IMG/VR virus record: IMGVR_UViG_3300010885_031309
Strand: one strand, 5' to 3'
Length of the DNA stretch: 64,000 nucleotides
DNA from: a virus
Taxonomy: Duplodnaviria; Caudoviricetes
Under the pieces are notes generated by a model, which was not told the DNA's origin, ran no database searches, and was given only the letters and a program-made list of their open reading frames with translations. Within the stretch, counting starts at the first letter, position 1, and every line of letters starts with the position of its first letter. A program made the translations under genes and the position numbers. Shown here one piece after another: positions 31,261 through 40,396 of this stretch.

Positions 31261-31671
31261 TTAAATCTCCAACAACGCACGCCGGAACAACAGTTCTTGC
31301 TTAGCGAAGGCTTGAATTTCCCAAGGACGATTCAGATACTCAGTACTCTTGAGATAGCATTTGCCCGCCCAATATTGACTTCCACGCTTACCGCCCTTGA
31401 GAATTCCCTTTGCCATCTGAGCAACATGCACCATTTCATGGGCTAGCGTGATGCCCAGCGACTCGGGTGAAGCATTTGGATTCAACACCACATAGTACAT
31501 ATTCAATGCGGTCATTGAAACAGTAAGTCCAGCATCAGTGCAATCCTCTTGCAGAGTGATCAACACCGATGCCTTGCTTGACTTCAACTTAAGTTGACCA
31601 ATCAAGCTGGGCATAAGCAACTCAATCATCTTACGCTTCTTGGTAGAACGCCCAACAACTTCGTACTGCAT
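31261..31671 (-). CDS. HEXXH zinc-metallopeptidase-like protein
   Basis: AHEMVHVAQ...PWEIQA. Confidence 0.65.
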   Translation of the reverse strand: MQYEVVGRSTKKRKMIELLMPSLIGQLKLKSSKASVLITLQEDCTDAGLTVSMTALNMYYVVLNPNASPESLGITLAHEMVHVAQMAKGILKGGKRGSQYWAGKCYLKSTEYLNRPWEIQAFAKQELLFRRALLEI

Positions 31672-31735
31672 GATTGCTTTCTGTTTTCTACTGTAGATAC
31701 AGTATAACAGTAAACCGATTTACTGTCAAATCGGT

Positions 31736-32290
31736 TTACATACTCTCGCCATCCCCGTGCGTTTTGATTTCTCCTCGCAGAGCATCAGCAATCATGTCAT
31801 CCATCAGTGATACTACACGACCAGTGGCATCCATGCCAGCATCACGCACACGATACCGCTCAAGTCCAGTGGGCTTACCATGAACATGACCATGAAAATG
31901 AACTGCACCACGATGACACTGATTCCATTCATGGATAGGATAGTGCAGCATCACTACTTTGACACCAGCACAGTTTACCTCATGGTAGTTGTGAATCTCT
32001 TCAAATCTGTTGCGAAATCCAGGATCCTTGCACAGTTTCGCATCATGGTTTCCAGCAATCAGAATTTTTTTGCCGTTAAGTTGATCCAGCACACCTCTTG
32101 CTTTTTCTGCACTCATAAAGGCAAAATCTCCAAGATGATACACCAGATCGTTCTCTGCGACTGAACTGTTCCATGTCACGATCATGGACGCATTCATGTG
32201 TTCAACGTCCCGATACTGGCGTGTCTCGGGATTAAACTTGAGGATGTTAGCGTGTCCCCAGTGAGTATCTGAAGTAATCCAAGTTTTCAT
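31736..32290 (-). CDS. Metallophosphoesterase
   Basis: SDTHWGH, HLGD, GNHD, HYP, HGHVH. Confidence 0.9.
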   Translation of the reverse strand: MKTWITSDTHWGHANILKFNPETRQYRDVEHMNASMIVTWNSSVAENDLVYHLGDFAFMSAEKARGVLDQLNGKKILIAGNHDAKLCKDPGFRNRFEEIHNYHEVNCAGVKVVMLHYPIHEWNQCHRGAVHFHGHVHGKPTGLERYRVRDAGMDATGRVVSLMDDMIADALRGEIKTHGDGESM

Positions 32291-32343
32291 CTATATTCCT
32301 TTACAATCTTTTTATTGTAGACGAAAACCAATTTACTGTCAAA

Positions 32344-33006
32344 TCAGTCTTCGTCTGACAGGTCTAATACTTTCCAGCCTAATTTCAGAAGATCGGCACG
32401 AATTTCATCAGTAACCCTGCCTTCGTCAACATATTTCTGTATATTATCGTAGTGAATTTTTTCTTCTGCGGTTAACTCACTGATATCACGAGTCAAATCT
32501 GCACCTCCGCGAAGTCCGCTACAATACCAATCAATATAGTCACCACGTTCTTGCATATCAGCGATTACGCCACCTGCATGTCGCCAACTACAACTCCAAA
32601 CTGGTATTCCATCTGACAATACTTGTACCACACTTTCTGGAGTGTTTACTAGATTAACTTTCTGAAATTCATTGTTACACATAGCAGCATATAAATTCTG
32701 TGCATATGCATCACTGGATCTTACCTTCTCTAGAATCCAATCAGTGCTACACAAATCATATTCCATGTTGTTTTTCTTCCAGTCATCATTCTCTTCGTTA
32801 CTACGATGTCTTTCATCTATTAGATTGAAATAATCAAGCATAGCTGCTACATTACTACTATTTTCTGCGGTTTTTCCCTGCTCAGCCATATTCGCTAGAT
32901 ATCTTTCTTTTTGAAAAGTATTACGATGTGGGCTGCGGCTTAATTTAGTTAGCATACCAAATTTCCTTAAATCCTTCGGTTTCTGATGGAATTTCATAAT
33001 TATCAA
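32344..33006 (-). CDS. Conserved hypothetical protein
   Basis: YAQNLYAAMCNN...WSCSWR..GG...DWYCSG motif. Confidence 0.7.
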   Translation of the reverse strand: MIIMKFHQKPKDLRKFGMLTKLSRSPHRNTFQKERYLANMAEQGKTAENSSNVAAMLDYFNLIDERHRSNEENDDWKKNNMEYDLCSTDWILEKVRSSDAYAQNLYAAMCNNEFQKVNLVNTPESVVQVLSDGIPVWSCSWRHAGGVIADMQERGDYIDWYCSGLRGGADLTRDISELTAEEKIHYDNIQKYVDEGRVTDEIRADLLKLGWKVLDLSDED

Positions 33007-33415
33007 TCATTGATGATACAGCACTCCATGGAATATTTTTTCCAATTCTATTGGCCAATCGCTGCTTCAATTCGCTAGTAGACGGAGTTTTGAATGTAAC
33101 GGCAATATGATAGTAATCTGGCAACATCTTAAATTTCTTTTTGCGACTGTTGACAGTTGTTGAGGTTTGATCCCAAATAACATCCAGTTCACGCTCACGA
33201 GCGTTGACTACATCTTGTGTCATTAGCTTGACGGCAGTGGGCATATATTCATCAAATACTTCACTGTATGTTTTTCCTACCGCAGCAGCATATTTTTCAA
33301 CATGAGCATCAGTAGATACTATCACACAATCATTTAGCCAAGTTTGTGTTGCAATCCAGGTGGACTTACCACTACCCGGGACTCCGACTAATTGATAACA
33401 TGTTGGCATTACCAA
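32945..33415 (-). CDS. Polynucleotide kinase-like P-loop protein (AAA_33)
   Basis: GVPGSGKST, VSTD, WDQT. Confidence 0.85.
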   Translation of the reverse strand: MVMPTCYQLVGVPGSGKSTWIATQTWLNDCVIVSTDAHVEKYAAAVGKTYSEVFDEYMPTAVKLMTQDVVNARERELDVIWDQTSTTVNSRKKKFKMLPDYYHIAVTFKTPSTSELKQRLANRIGKNIPWSAVSSMIDNYEIPSETEGFKEIWYAN

Positions 33416-33600
33416 TTCTCCACACTTGATACCACGATCTCAAAAGTTCCCTCTATGTCATTGACGACTGTTTGTACTTTCATTGTAACTTCTGCACCAA
33501 TGCCGCTGATGTTATCAGAGTATAACTCAAATACTTGAGCATTTGGAAACTTTTCAATTAATTCACCAATTTTTTTGATGTCATCACGATGTAGAAACAT
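33409..33600 (-). CDS. Hypothetical protein
   Basis: 63 aa, coupled to neighbours. Confidence 0.6.
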   Translation of the reverse strand: MFLHRDDIKKIGELIEKFPNAQVFELYSDNISGIGAEVTMKVQTVVNDIEGTFEIVVSSVENW

Positions 33601-34072
33601 TGTTCTTGCTCCTTAAGTAATTGCGATATTCTTCTTGCCATCTATGCTCCGCCGGCGGCTCATATGGCAAACTCAATTCTTCCATCATTAGTCGCATAAC
33701 ACGAGTATTAGGACTGCGAAAGCCCTCTACCAACATAAATCCCATCTGTTCACCGACAGTAGCTACCGCGCCACTACGACTAACCCCCGCATAGCAGTGT
33801 ACTACTACATTAATATTTTTGTCAAGTGCATGACGCAATAATCTAACCAATTCTTTGGCCTGTTCTGTGCTAATAAACATTTCTGGATCATCAGCCTCGT
33901 CACCATCCTCAATATCCAAGAATTCGAAATGGTGTGTTTCCTTGAATTCATGTTTTGGTTCTGGACGCCAACTAGCGGGATCTGTTATTTGGATCAGCAT
34001 AGAGTTTGGTCCAGCATCGTGATGGAATCTTAGCGGTATATCAGCCGCTGCTACATTTTCAATCCAGGGCAT
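33584..34072 (-). CDS. Cys-dependent (CX5R) phosphatase
   Basis: HCYAGVSRS. Confidence 0.85.
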   Translation of the reverse strand: MPWIENVAAADIPLRFHHDAGPNSMLIQITDPASWRPEPKHEFKETHHFEFLDIEDGDEADDPEMFISTEQAKELVRLLRHALDKNINVVVHCYAGVSRSGAVATVGEQMGFMLVEGFRSPNTRVMRLMMEELSLPYEPPAEHRWQEEYRNYLRSKNNVSTS

Positions 34073-34371
34073 TTTTATTTCCTATTGTTAATCTCTTACT
34101 TACTACTGTATTTCCAGTCTACTACCTGCCAGTATCCTTCAGAATATTCTTCAATCTGACCCATGGCATTTATTCTAATATCCCCGTGAACATCAGTTGT
34201 TCTATTCAATAATACTACACTATGTTCTACTGTGTCAAGTTTGCTATCTTCCATATTTTTATTCTCCATCATAACTATTTACTGCACTATTCAAGCACAC
34301 AATATTATTGTGTACTTAAGTACATACAACGATATCTAATACAATCTTAAATAATCAAAAGGATATAAAAC

Positions 34372-34865
34372 ATGAGCAAAGATCGTGAATTATTACAACG
34401 ATATCTTCAAATTATAAATGAAGCTACTACTGTTATTGCAGAAAAATGGGGAGTTAGTGGTGCTGTTAATCCCAGTGAGCGCGGAAAGTATGCTGGAAAA
34501 ACAAAACAAGAATTATTGCGAGCATACAATGCACTTAAAAGAAGCGGCCCACATTCAAAAGATAGTAAAGAATACGGAAGAATGCGCGAACTGGCATTTG
34601 CTATCCGTGCAAAAAGTAGTTGGGGTAAAGTTGCGGAAGAAGATTATCGCAATGAATAACCATGAGTTGCTGCGAATATATAACTCTTACAGAATTAGGA
34701 GTAGGATCAATATTCGTCAAATACAGTGATATCATTAGCATAGAGCTTACTGGTCCATGTGCTAGTCGCATAACACTTAGCAATGGTTACACAAAAATCG
34801 TAGCAGAAGAACCATGTGAGATTGTTCGTATCATCACACGAACTAAAAAATTATGCGAAAATTGA
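34372..34865 (+). CDS. Two plus-strand hypotheticals (34372-34659, 34662-34865)
   Basis: RBS-preceded, adjacent. Confidence 0.55.
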
Positions 34866-34869
34866 TAGT

Positions 34870-34943
34870 TGGTGCCCCAACCTGGTTACGATCCAGGGTC
34901 TCCGCATTACCAATACGGTGTACTACCATTGTACTATAAGGGC
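34870..34943 (-). tRNA. tRNA-Thr(GGT)
   Basis: CCGTA-TTGGTAA-TGCGG; CCA. Confidence 0.9.
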
Positions 34944-34953
34944 GAAAATTGTT

Positions 34954-35150
34954 TGGCTACTCTCACCACAAGAGCCCCAAACTGAGTGGTTACCCTGTCC
35001 ACAAGAGCTTATCTAGGTCTGCCCTTGAACTCCCAGCAATGTTACGAGTCGCCCATGTAACGCGGGCCTCAGCAGCAGATTGCTTCGCCGACATCTTTAT
35101 GGCATGATGTGTTTGCCCACTTTTGTTAACGCTCAAAGTGTAACGCGGGG
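34954..35150 (-). ncRNA. Unassigned structured RNA ending in GCCA
   Basis: GC-rich spacer between two tRNAs; GCTGCT/AGTAGC stem; duplicated CCCGCGTTACA. Confidence 0.45.
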
Positions 35151-35152
35151 AT

Positions 35153-35227
35153 TGGAGCGGGTAGTCGGGGTCGAACCGACGACATTTTCCTTGGCAAGGA
35201 AACATTCTACCACTGAATTATACCCGC
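35153..35227 (-). tRNA. tRNA-Gly(GCC)
   Basis: TTTCC-TTGCCAA-GGAAA; T73; CCA. Confidence 0.92.
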
Positions 35228-35271
35228 AGTATTACTATTATTTACTATTTTCGTTCACTATGCAAATATTT

Positions 35272-35363
35272 TGGTGGACAGAGTGGGATTCGAACCCACG
35301 GACCTCTTTCGAAGCCGACAGTTTTCAAGACTGTTCCAATAAGCCGGACTCTGGCACCTGTCC
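35272..35363 (-). tRNA. tRNA-Ser(TGA) (A73)
   Basis: ACAGT-CTTGAAA-ACTGT; long variable arm. Confidence 0.88.
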
Positions 35364-35371
35364 TATAAATA

Positions 35372-35446
35372 TGGTGGACCCGGGGAGGATCGAACTCCCA
35401 CTAAAGGCTTGCAAAGCCCCTGTGCTCCCATTATCACTACGAGCCC
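35372..35446 (-). tRNA. tRNA-Ala(TGC)
   Basis: G3:U70; loop TTTGCAA. Confidence 0.9.
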
Positions 35447-35503
35447 ACGTTGTTCGTTAACACACTACTTATCACATTGTACACCGTGTGTCATGGTGAA
35501 GTT

Positions 35504-35545
35504 TGGCGTCCCGTTACGGAGTCGAACCGCAAATATGCCGAAACT
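35504..35545 (-). pseudogene. 3' half of a tRNA-Glu-like gene
   Basis: T arm TGCGG-TTCGACT-CCGTA, ACGGGAC-G-CCA; no 5' half found. Confidence 0.6.
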
Positions 35546-35616
35546 CTATCGTAATGATAAATAAACATGAACCATAAGATTGTTTACTTGGAACTAAACA
35601 ATCAACCACACGAGGA

Positions 35617-36528
35617 GTGATGGCTGTCTGGTTCGCAAGTATTTATAACGAGGAGATTCACATGAATTATAAATCACCACTGTGCTCATGTATAGCATGT
35701 CACGAAATAAAGTCCGCTAAAGGAATAAATTGTCATTTTTTGACTATGCACACTGATGCAGAAACTAAAAAACGTCTGGTAGGACGAGAGAATAAAAAAT
35801 CTCCAAACATGTCCAAACAGAAAGAAAAATGTGAACAAGACAGATTAGTATCATTTGAGAGATATCTGATATCTCCTAATCAATGTAAGTGTTGTAATGC
35901 GATATTATCGTATGATAAAAGAAAACAGAAATTTTGTGGACGTTCTTGTTCCGCATCTTATAACAATTCTAATCGTGATGAAACGATTAAAAATAAAACG
36001 ATAGCGACTTTGAAAAATACTATCGCCACAAAATCTCAAATTAAAAATCAATTTGGAGTTTTTAATAGACGCACATCGTTTACTCCAGATGGTCCATACA
36101 CTAAAATTTACTTATGTATATGTAAATATTCTGGGCAGAAATTTTATTCTGCAACTGTAAAAACCGTTCATCCAAATTTGACTATCTCTAAAGAAAGATA
36201 CAATTATGCCTGCAAATTTACATTTGGAATATCAAATTACACAGAATGGTTCTCTACTGCAAGCGAACTGATAAGAAAACACGGATGGTATTCCACTCCT
36301 GGTTCACGCAAAGGAACAACAAATTTAAATGGAATCAGCAGAGATCATCTTTATTCGGTGCATGATGGCTGGATAAATTCTGTTCCACCGCACATATTAC
36401 GTCATCCTGCAAATTGCAATTTAGTCACTCATAAAGAGAATCAATCAAAGAACAGAAAATCTAAAATAACTCTATATGAACTTTATGAGCGTATAGAAAG
36501 ATTTAACAGAATTTATGGCGAGAGGTGA
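35617..36528 (+). mobile_element. HNH-type endonuclease with zinc-finger repeats, antisense to tRNA operon (start probably MNYKS)
   Basis: RDHLYS...HPANC.LV.H.EN.SK; GATAAATA upstream. Confidence 0.75.
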
Positions 36529-36600
36529 GGGACTCGAACCCCCGTGGGTATTAACCGATGGTTTTGGAAACCATTGCAATCGCCGCTATGCGAACCTCTC
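36516..36600 (-). tRNA. tRNA with CCA (Trp) anticodon on a class II, long-variable-arm body
   Basis: ATGGT-TTCCAAA-ACCAT; variable GGT-TAAT-ACC hairpin; G73. Confidence 0.8.
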
Positions 36601-36751
36601 ACTACGAATTCATATGGTTGATTATCACACTGTTTGTCCTAAAATACACAGAATGTCATGATGATGTTTATCATGATTCTAGTGAAAAAAACTTTCACCA
36701 AAGAGCATGAAAGACCGACATAATGCCATTATACCAGAGAGACAATAATAT

Positions 36752-36841
36752 TGGCGGAGAGTGTGGGAGTCGAACCCACTCAGCGGCTTCTAACCACCGT
36801 CGGATTAGCAATCCGATGCCTTACCATCCGGCCCACTCTCC
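36752..36841 (-). tRNA. tRNA-Ser(GCT)
   Basis: TCGGA-TTGCTAA-TCCGA; long variable arm; G73. Confidence 0.92.
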
Positions 36842-36860
36842 TAAATCTTAACTATATCGT

Positions 36861-36937
36861 TGGTGCCCTAGGAGAGACTCGAACCCCCAGAATTTACGTT
36901 CTAAGCGTAACACGTATACCAATTCCGTCACGTGAGC
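36861..36937 (-). tRNA. tRNA-Leu(TAG), short variable loop, two acceptor-stem mismatches
   Basis: TTACG-CTTAGAA-CGTAA; GCTCACG vs CTAGGGC. Confidence 0.75.
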
Positions 36938-36954
36938 TTGATTTCTATTTATCT

Positions 36955-37030
36955 TGGTGCTGCCTCGTGGGATCGAACCACGTTCCAAGGCTCTTCAGGC
37001 CTCCGCTATGACCACATCAGCTAAAGCAGC
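36955..37030 (-). tRNA. tRNA-Phe(GAA)
   Basis: GAGGC-CTGAAGA-GCCTT. Confidence 0.92.
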
Positions 37031-37037
37031 ATTAACT

Positions 37038-37111
37038 TGGTACCGAGTACTGGTTACGCTCCAGTGATTCACGATTATCAGTCGTGTATTTTACTATTAA
37101 ATTAACCCGGC
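37038..37111 (-). tRNA. tRNA-Ile(GAT)
   Basis: CACGA-CTGATAA-TCGTG. Confidence 0.9.
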
Positions 37112-37846
37112 AATGAATTCTTTTGATAAATTTTTTTCTAAGATAACAATTACTTTAACCTGATTCTGTTCTTGTGCTAGACGAATTTTTTCTGCATCCA
37201 ACTTTGCTTTGTAGTTGTTCTTAGGATCAAGATAAATCCCATGATCCACAAGATAGAAATCTGCAAAATAATTACGTCCATTGTATTTTAATGCCTTAGG
37301 ACGAATCCAACGAACATTCATTTCGGTGAGAATTTCAAAACATTTATATTCATAGGAACTTTGTAAAGTCGTTGAATTTCCAAATGAGTCAATAACTTTA
37401 TATTTTTTGCTTCTACCAGCATTTTCTCTATAACCGCCAAGCCCTCGTTCTTTGGCTTGCTTAGAACGTCTCTCACGTTCTGCACTAGTTATTTCTTTGG
37501 CTATTATTCTACCAGATTCATATCCATTTTTTAATTTTTCAGCACTTCTGCGAATGATGTGATTAGTTTCTTTTGTCTGACCTTTGTTCCAAGAAGTATG
37601 TCCAACGGAATAATTTTTGTAAACTCTGTCTTTGTTTTGAGGACAAGTTCTTGTATGCTGAGTGTGACTAATTTTATTTTTGCAAATTTTACCACAATAC
37701 GCGCAGTTTAGACTTATCGGATCTGAAATTTTATTCCAGATAATTTTGCCGCCCTTGATGATACAACGACTGTGGTGTTTAGATAAATTATTTGTCGTGA
37801 ATTCATCTTTACAATTTATACAACAGTATCTTACTTTATTGTTCAT
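37097..37846 (-). mobile_element. Putative PD-(D/E)xK-type homing endonuclease with zinc-finger N-terminus
   Basis: QSSYE...ADFYL...YLDPK; stop lies inside tRNA-Ile; GATAAATA upstream. Confidence 0.65.
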
Positions 37847-37873
37847 GAATATTCTCCTAATCTATTTATCACA

Positions 37874-37909
37874 GATAAAGAGAATGCTCTACCTTTGAGT
37901 TACGCGGGC
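37874..37909 (-). pseudogene. 5' half of a tRNA gene
   Basis: GCCCGCG-TA-ACTC-AAAGGTA-GAGC-A-TTCTC, then breaks off. Confidence 0.55.
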
Positions 37910-37920
37910 AATTATAAAAC

Positions 37921-37974
37921 AGGATGCTTATTTTTCAATTATAAGTTGAATTATAAGTTTGCTGAACGCATCCT
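37921..37974 (-). ncRNA. CAGC-bulge hairpin element E5 inside tRNA array
   Basis: AGGATGC-GTTCAGCAAA...GCATCCT. Confidence 0.7.
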
Positions 37975-37980
37975 AAAACT

Positions 37981-38076
37981 TGGACCGTCGAACAGGATTC
38001 GAACCTGCATCAGTATACAGTGATACCACTCCAAATTACCTTTGTTCTCGTTCGTAGCGAGAGAGGATACCGACGG
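37981..38076 (-). ncRNA. D-armless tRNA-like RNA with ACG anticodon-like loop
   Basis: 7-bp acceptor, canonical T arm, T73-CCA, TCTCG-CTACGAA-CGAGA, ~37 nt variable region. Confidence 0.7.
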
Positions 38077-38087
38077 ATTGTTATTAC

Positions 38088-38163
38088 TGGGCAGACGCTA
38101 CGGATACGAACCGTTCCCTACTCTTTCACGGAGAGTAATGCTTCCAACTACACCAAACGCTGC
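38088..38163 (-). tRNA. tRNA-His(GTG), imperfect (C33, bulged acceptor)
   Basis: ACTCT-CCGTGAA-AGAGT; G-1:C73. Confidence 0.78.
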
Positions 38164-38175
38164 ACTGAATTTTTT

Positions 38176-38250
38176 GGCGGTCTTAGGGGGTAACGATCCC
38201 CACTCTTACGGCGTGACAAGCCGTCGTGCGTCCATGAACACTTTAAGACC
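38176..38250 (-). tRNA. tRNA-Asp(GTC)
   Basis: ACGGC-TTGTCAC-GCCGT; G73. Confidence 0.92.
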
Positions 38251-38256
38251 TAAATT

Positions 38257-38535
38257 TGGTAGGACCAGCGAGGTTCGAACTCGCGACCAACGGATTAACT
38301 TACCACTATAGTTTTCACCACCAGATCGCTCTGTTTGTGGTCTGGACTATACCTTCATCATAGCATTTCTGCCTTAGATGCCCGCCGTCTAGTCTCTACA
38401 CGTTCCCATTACTGGGCTTCGCTCGGTATCGCCATTTTACAGGGTTCACCGAATTTGACGGGTTCTACTTACAAAATTTCTTTTGTAGCACTCCTATTTT
38501 AAAGTCCGCTGCTCTACCGGCTGAGCTATAGTCCC
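38257..38535 (-). tRNA. tRNA-Lys(TTT) with group I intron (38299-38501) at position 34/35
   Basis: GCGGA-CTT|TT-AA-TCCGT; P1 ACUU/GAGU; AAATTCGGTGAA, GTAGAGACTA, TAGTCC; terminal G. Confidence 0.9.
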
Positions 38536-38592
38536 TCTATCAAACAACAGAACACAGTGTAGCACTGTGTGTATTATTTGTCAAATATTTTG

Positions 38593-38677
38593 TGGTCGGA
38601 GTGGCAGGATTCGAACCTGCGATGCTTTCGCGCTAGCTCCCAAAGCTAGTGACTTGACCAGGCTAGCCTACACTCCG
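38593..38677 (-). tRNA. tRNA-Pro(TGG) with extra variable hairpin
   Basis: CTAGC-TTTGGGA-GCTAG; variable CGCGAAAGCATC. Confidence 0.88.
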
Positions 38678-38684
38678 AGTTGTT

Positions 38685-38760
38685 TGGTAGGAGATGACGA
38701 GTTCGAACCAACATCGTCCTCCTTGTAAGGGAGGTGCATAACCTCTCTGCTCAACTACCC
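38685..38760 (-). tRNA. tRNA-Val(TAC), degenerate or chimeric
   Basis: CCTCC-CTTACAA-GGAGG; mismatches in acceptor and T stems. Confidence 0.65.
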
Positions 38761-39278
38761 TTATATTCTCTTAAATAAGAATTTCTCTTAGTTACTTTTT
38801 TGTATCTACTACCTTTTCCCTTACTGCCAAAGTTTTCTGTTTGACTGTGACAGTTAGGACATAACAGTCTTAAATTATTGATATTGTTGTTATCACTATC
38901 TCCGTCAATATGATCTAATTGTAGCACAAGAGATTTATTATTCCAAGTATCTCCTTGCTCGCATTCAAAACATTTCTTATCAAATTTTTCAATAAGATAT
39001 TTCTTTAATGTATAAGAGGAATTACTCGTGCATTTATTAGATTCAATTCGTGGAATAGTTTCATTAATCCATTTGTACTTACCTTGACAAACGTTGTCAC
39101 AAAATTTGTTAATTTTGCTACGACCACTTAAATTCTCTTTACCGCAATGTAAACACGAATAGAATTTTGAATCTTTTTTTCTATCTATAAAAAAGCCTGT
39201 TTTGCGACTATGTGATCCAACATGACCACCATATTTTTGTCCAGAATCAAATGTTGCTCCGCAATGACAAATATACAT
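38751..39278 (-). mobile_element. HNH endonuclease
   Basis: LQLDHIDGDSDNN..NLRLLCPNCHSQT; stop inside tRNA-Val 5' end. Confidence 0.9.
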
Positions 39279-39303
39279 AATGATTCAAGTTTCCTATAAA
39301 TTT

Positions 39304-39377
39304 TGGAGCGGGATAGGAGAATCGAACTCCTGACTTTAGCTTGGAAGGCTAAGGTAATGCCATTTTACGAATCCCGC
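39304..39377 (-). tRNA. tRNA-Gly(TCC)
   Basis: TTAGC-CTTCCAA-GCTAA; T73. Confidence 0.92.
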
Positions 39378-39388
39378 GTATCTAATTC

Positions 39389-39477
39389 TGGTTGCGGAAC
39401 CTGGATTCGAACCAGGACAATGCATTAGATGTCTCAGGGTTATGAGCCCTGCGCTTTACCAATTAAACTATTCCGCT
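39389..39477 (-). tRNA. Initiator-type tRNA-fMet(CAT) with 18-nt variable region
   Basis: 1:72 mismatch, GGG/CCC anticodon stem, CTCATAA loop. Confidence 0.85.
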
Positions 39478-39620
39478 ATAATTATTTATACTGGCACATT
39501 GCTATGACAGATTTTTTGTATACCTGGCCCCCACTGTTCACGCCGATATACATGGCACCCGCTTTATTTGACGGTACGAGGGCCCCCTATAACCGTACAG
39601 TCATTTAAGACTGTTTTGTG

Positions 39621-39980
39621 CTAGAGTAGCAGACTCTTTCGTCCACTCTCTAGAGCACACTTCATTGCAATTCCCAGCGCTGCGGCACATGGAAACCTAT
39701 TGCCACGTTTGAACTTGAAGCCATTTAGCGTAAACGGCTTAAGAACCTCATCGCCATTCCACCATCCACGTTGGACATAAATATACCCGTCACGTTCAAG
39801 AGACTCACGTAACTTGGTGAATTCTGGATGATCTATAGTACTGATCGCATAACTAGTATTTTCGTAGACTAGCGCATCTACTAATTCATCTGGCGTTAGT
39901 GTTTCTTTATTAGCAAAACGACTAAGACTAGTCTTTTGTGTAACACTAGTTAAATATTCTGATTCAATTGTAAAATTCAT
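39621..39980 (-). CDS. Hypothetical protein
   Basis: 119 aa with RBS. Confidence 0.6.
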   Translation of the reverse strand: MNFTIESEYLTSVTQKTSLSRFANKETLTPDELVDALVYENTSYAISTIDHPEFTKLRESLERDGYIYVQRGWWNGDEVLKPFTLNGFKFKRGNRFPCAAALGIAMKCALESGRKSLLL

Positions 39981-40222
39981 TACGATCTCCTAACATTTCT
40001 ATATACACCTGCTGACATACGATCTCCTTAATAAGAGGAGATTAGATTTTTTACAGCCGACGATTACCCTACACGGCATCATGAATAGTGTAGGCTTTAC
40101 CTGGCATATTTATAAGATAATTGCCAGCATCTAACGAAGGGTGTCTTACCACCCCAAACTAATATATAGTATAAGTATATTATTAATAAGACATATATCA
40201 GCATGTGTATATAGAAAACGAC

Positions 40223-40300
40223 TGGAGCACAGGGCCGGATTCGAACCGGCGGTTTTACGGTTTTGCAAACCGTTGCATTGGGCCTCTCTGCCACCTGTGC
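40223..40300 (-). tRNA. tRNA-Cys(GCA)
   Basis: ACGGT-TTGCAAA-ACCGT; T73. Confidence 0.92.
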
Positions 40301-40303
40301 GTT

Positions 40304-40380
40304 TGGTGGTGACGGGCAGGTTCGAACTGCCTTCATTCAGCCTTATGAGGGCTGCGTATTTCCACTAATACTACATCACC
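40304..40380 (-). tRNA. tRNA-Met(CAT), elongator-type (or Ile2)
   Basis: CAGCC-CTCATAA-GGCTG. Confidence 0.85.
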
Positions 40381-40396
40381 AAATATAAATAACAAC

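Noticed and set aside
34954-35150. tmRNA, RNase P, SRP or 6S identity for the CCA-ending RNA
   Set aside because: No tmRNA T-arm/tag, no RNase P GAGGAAAGUCC core and no SRP GGAA/AGCAG loop recognised
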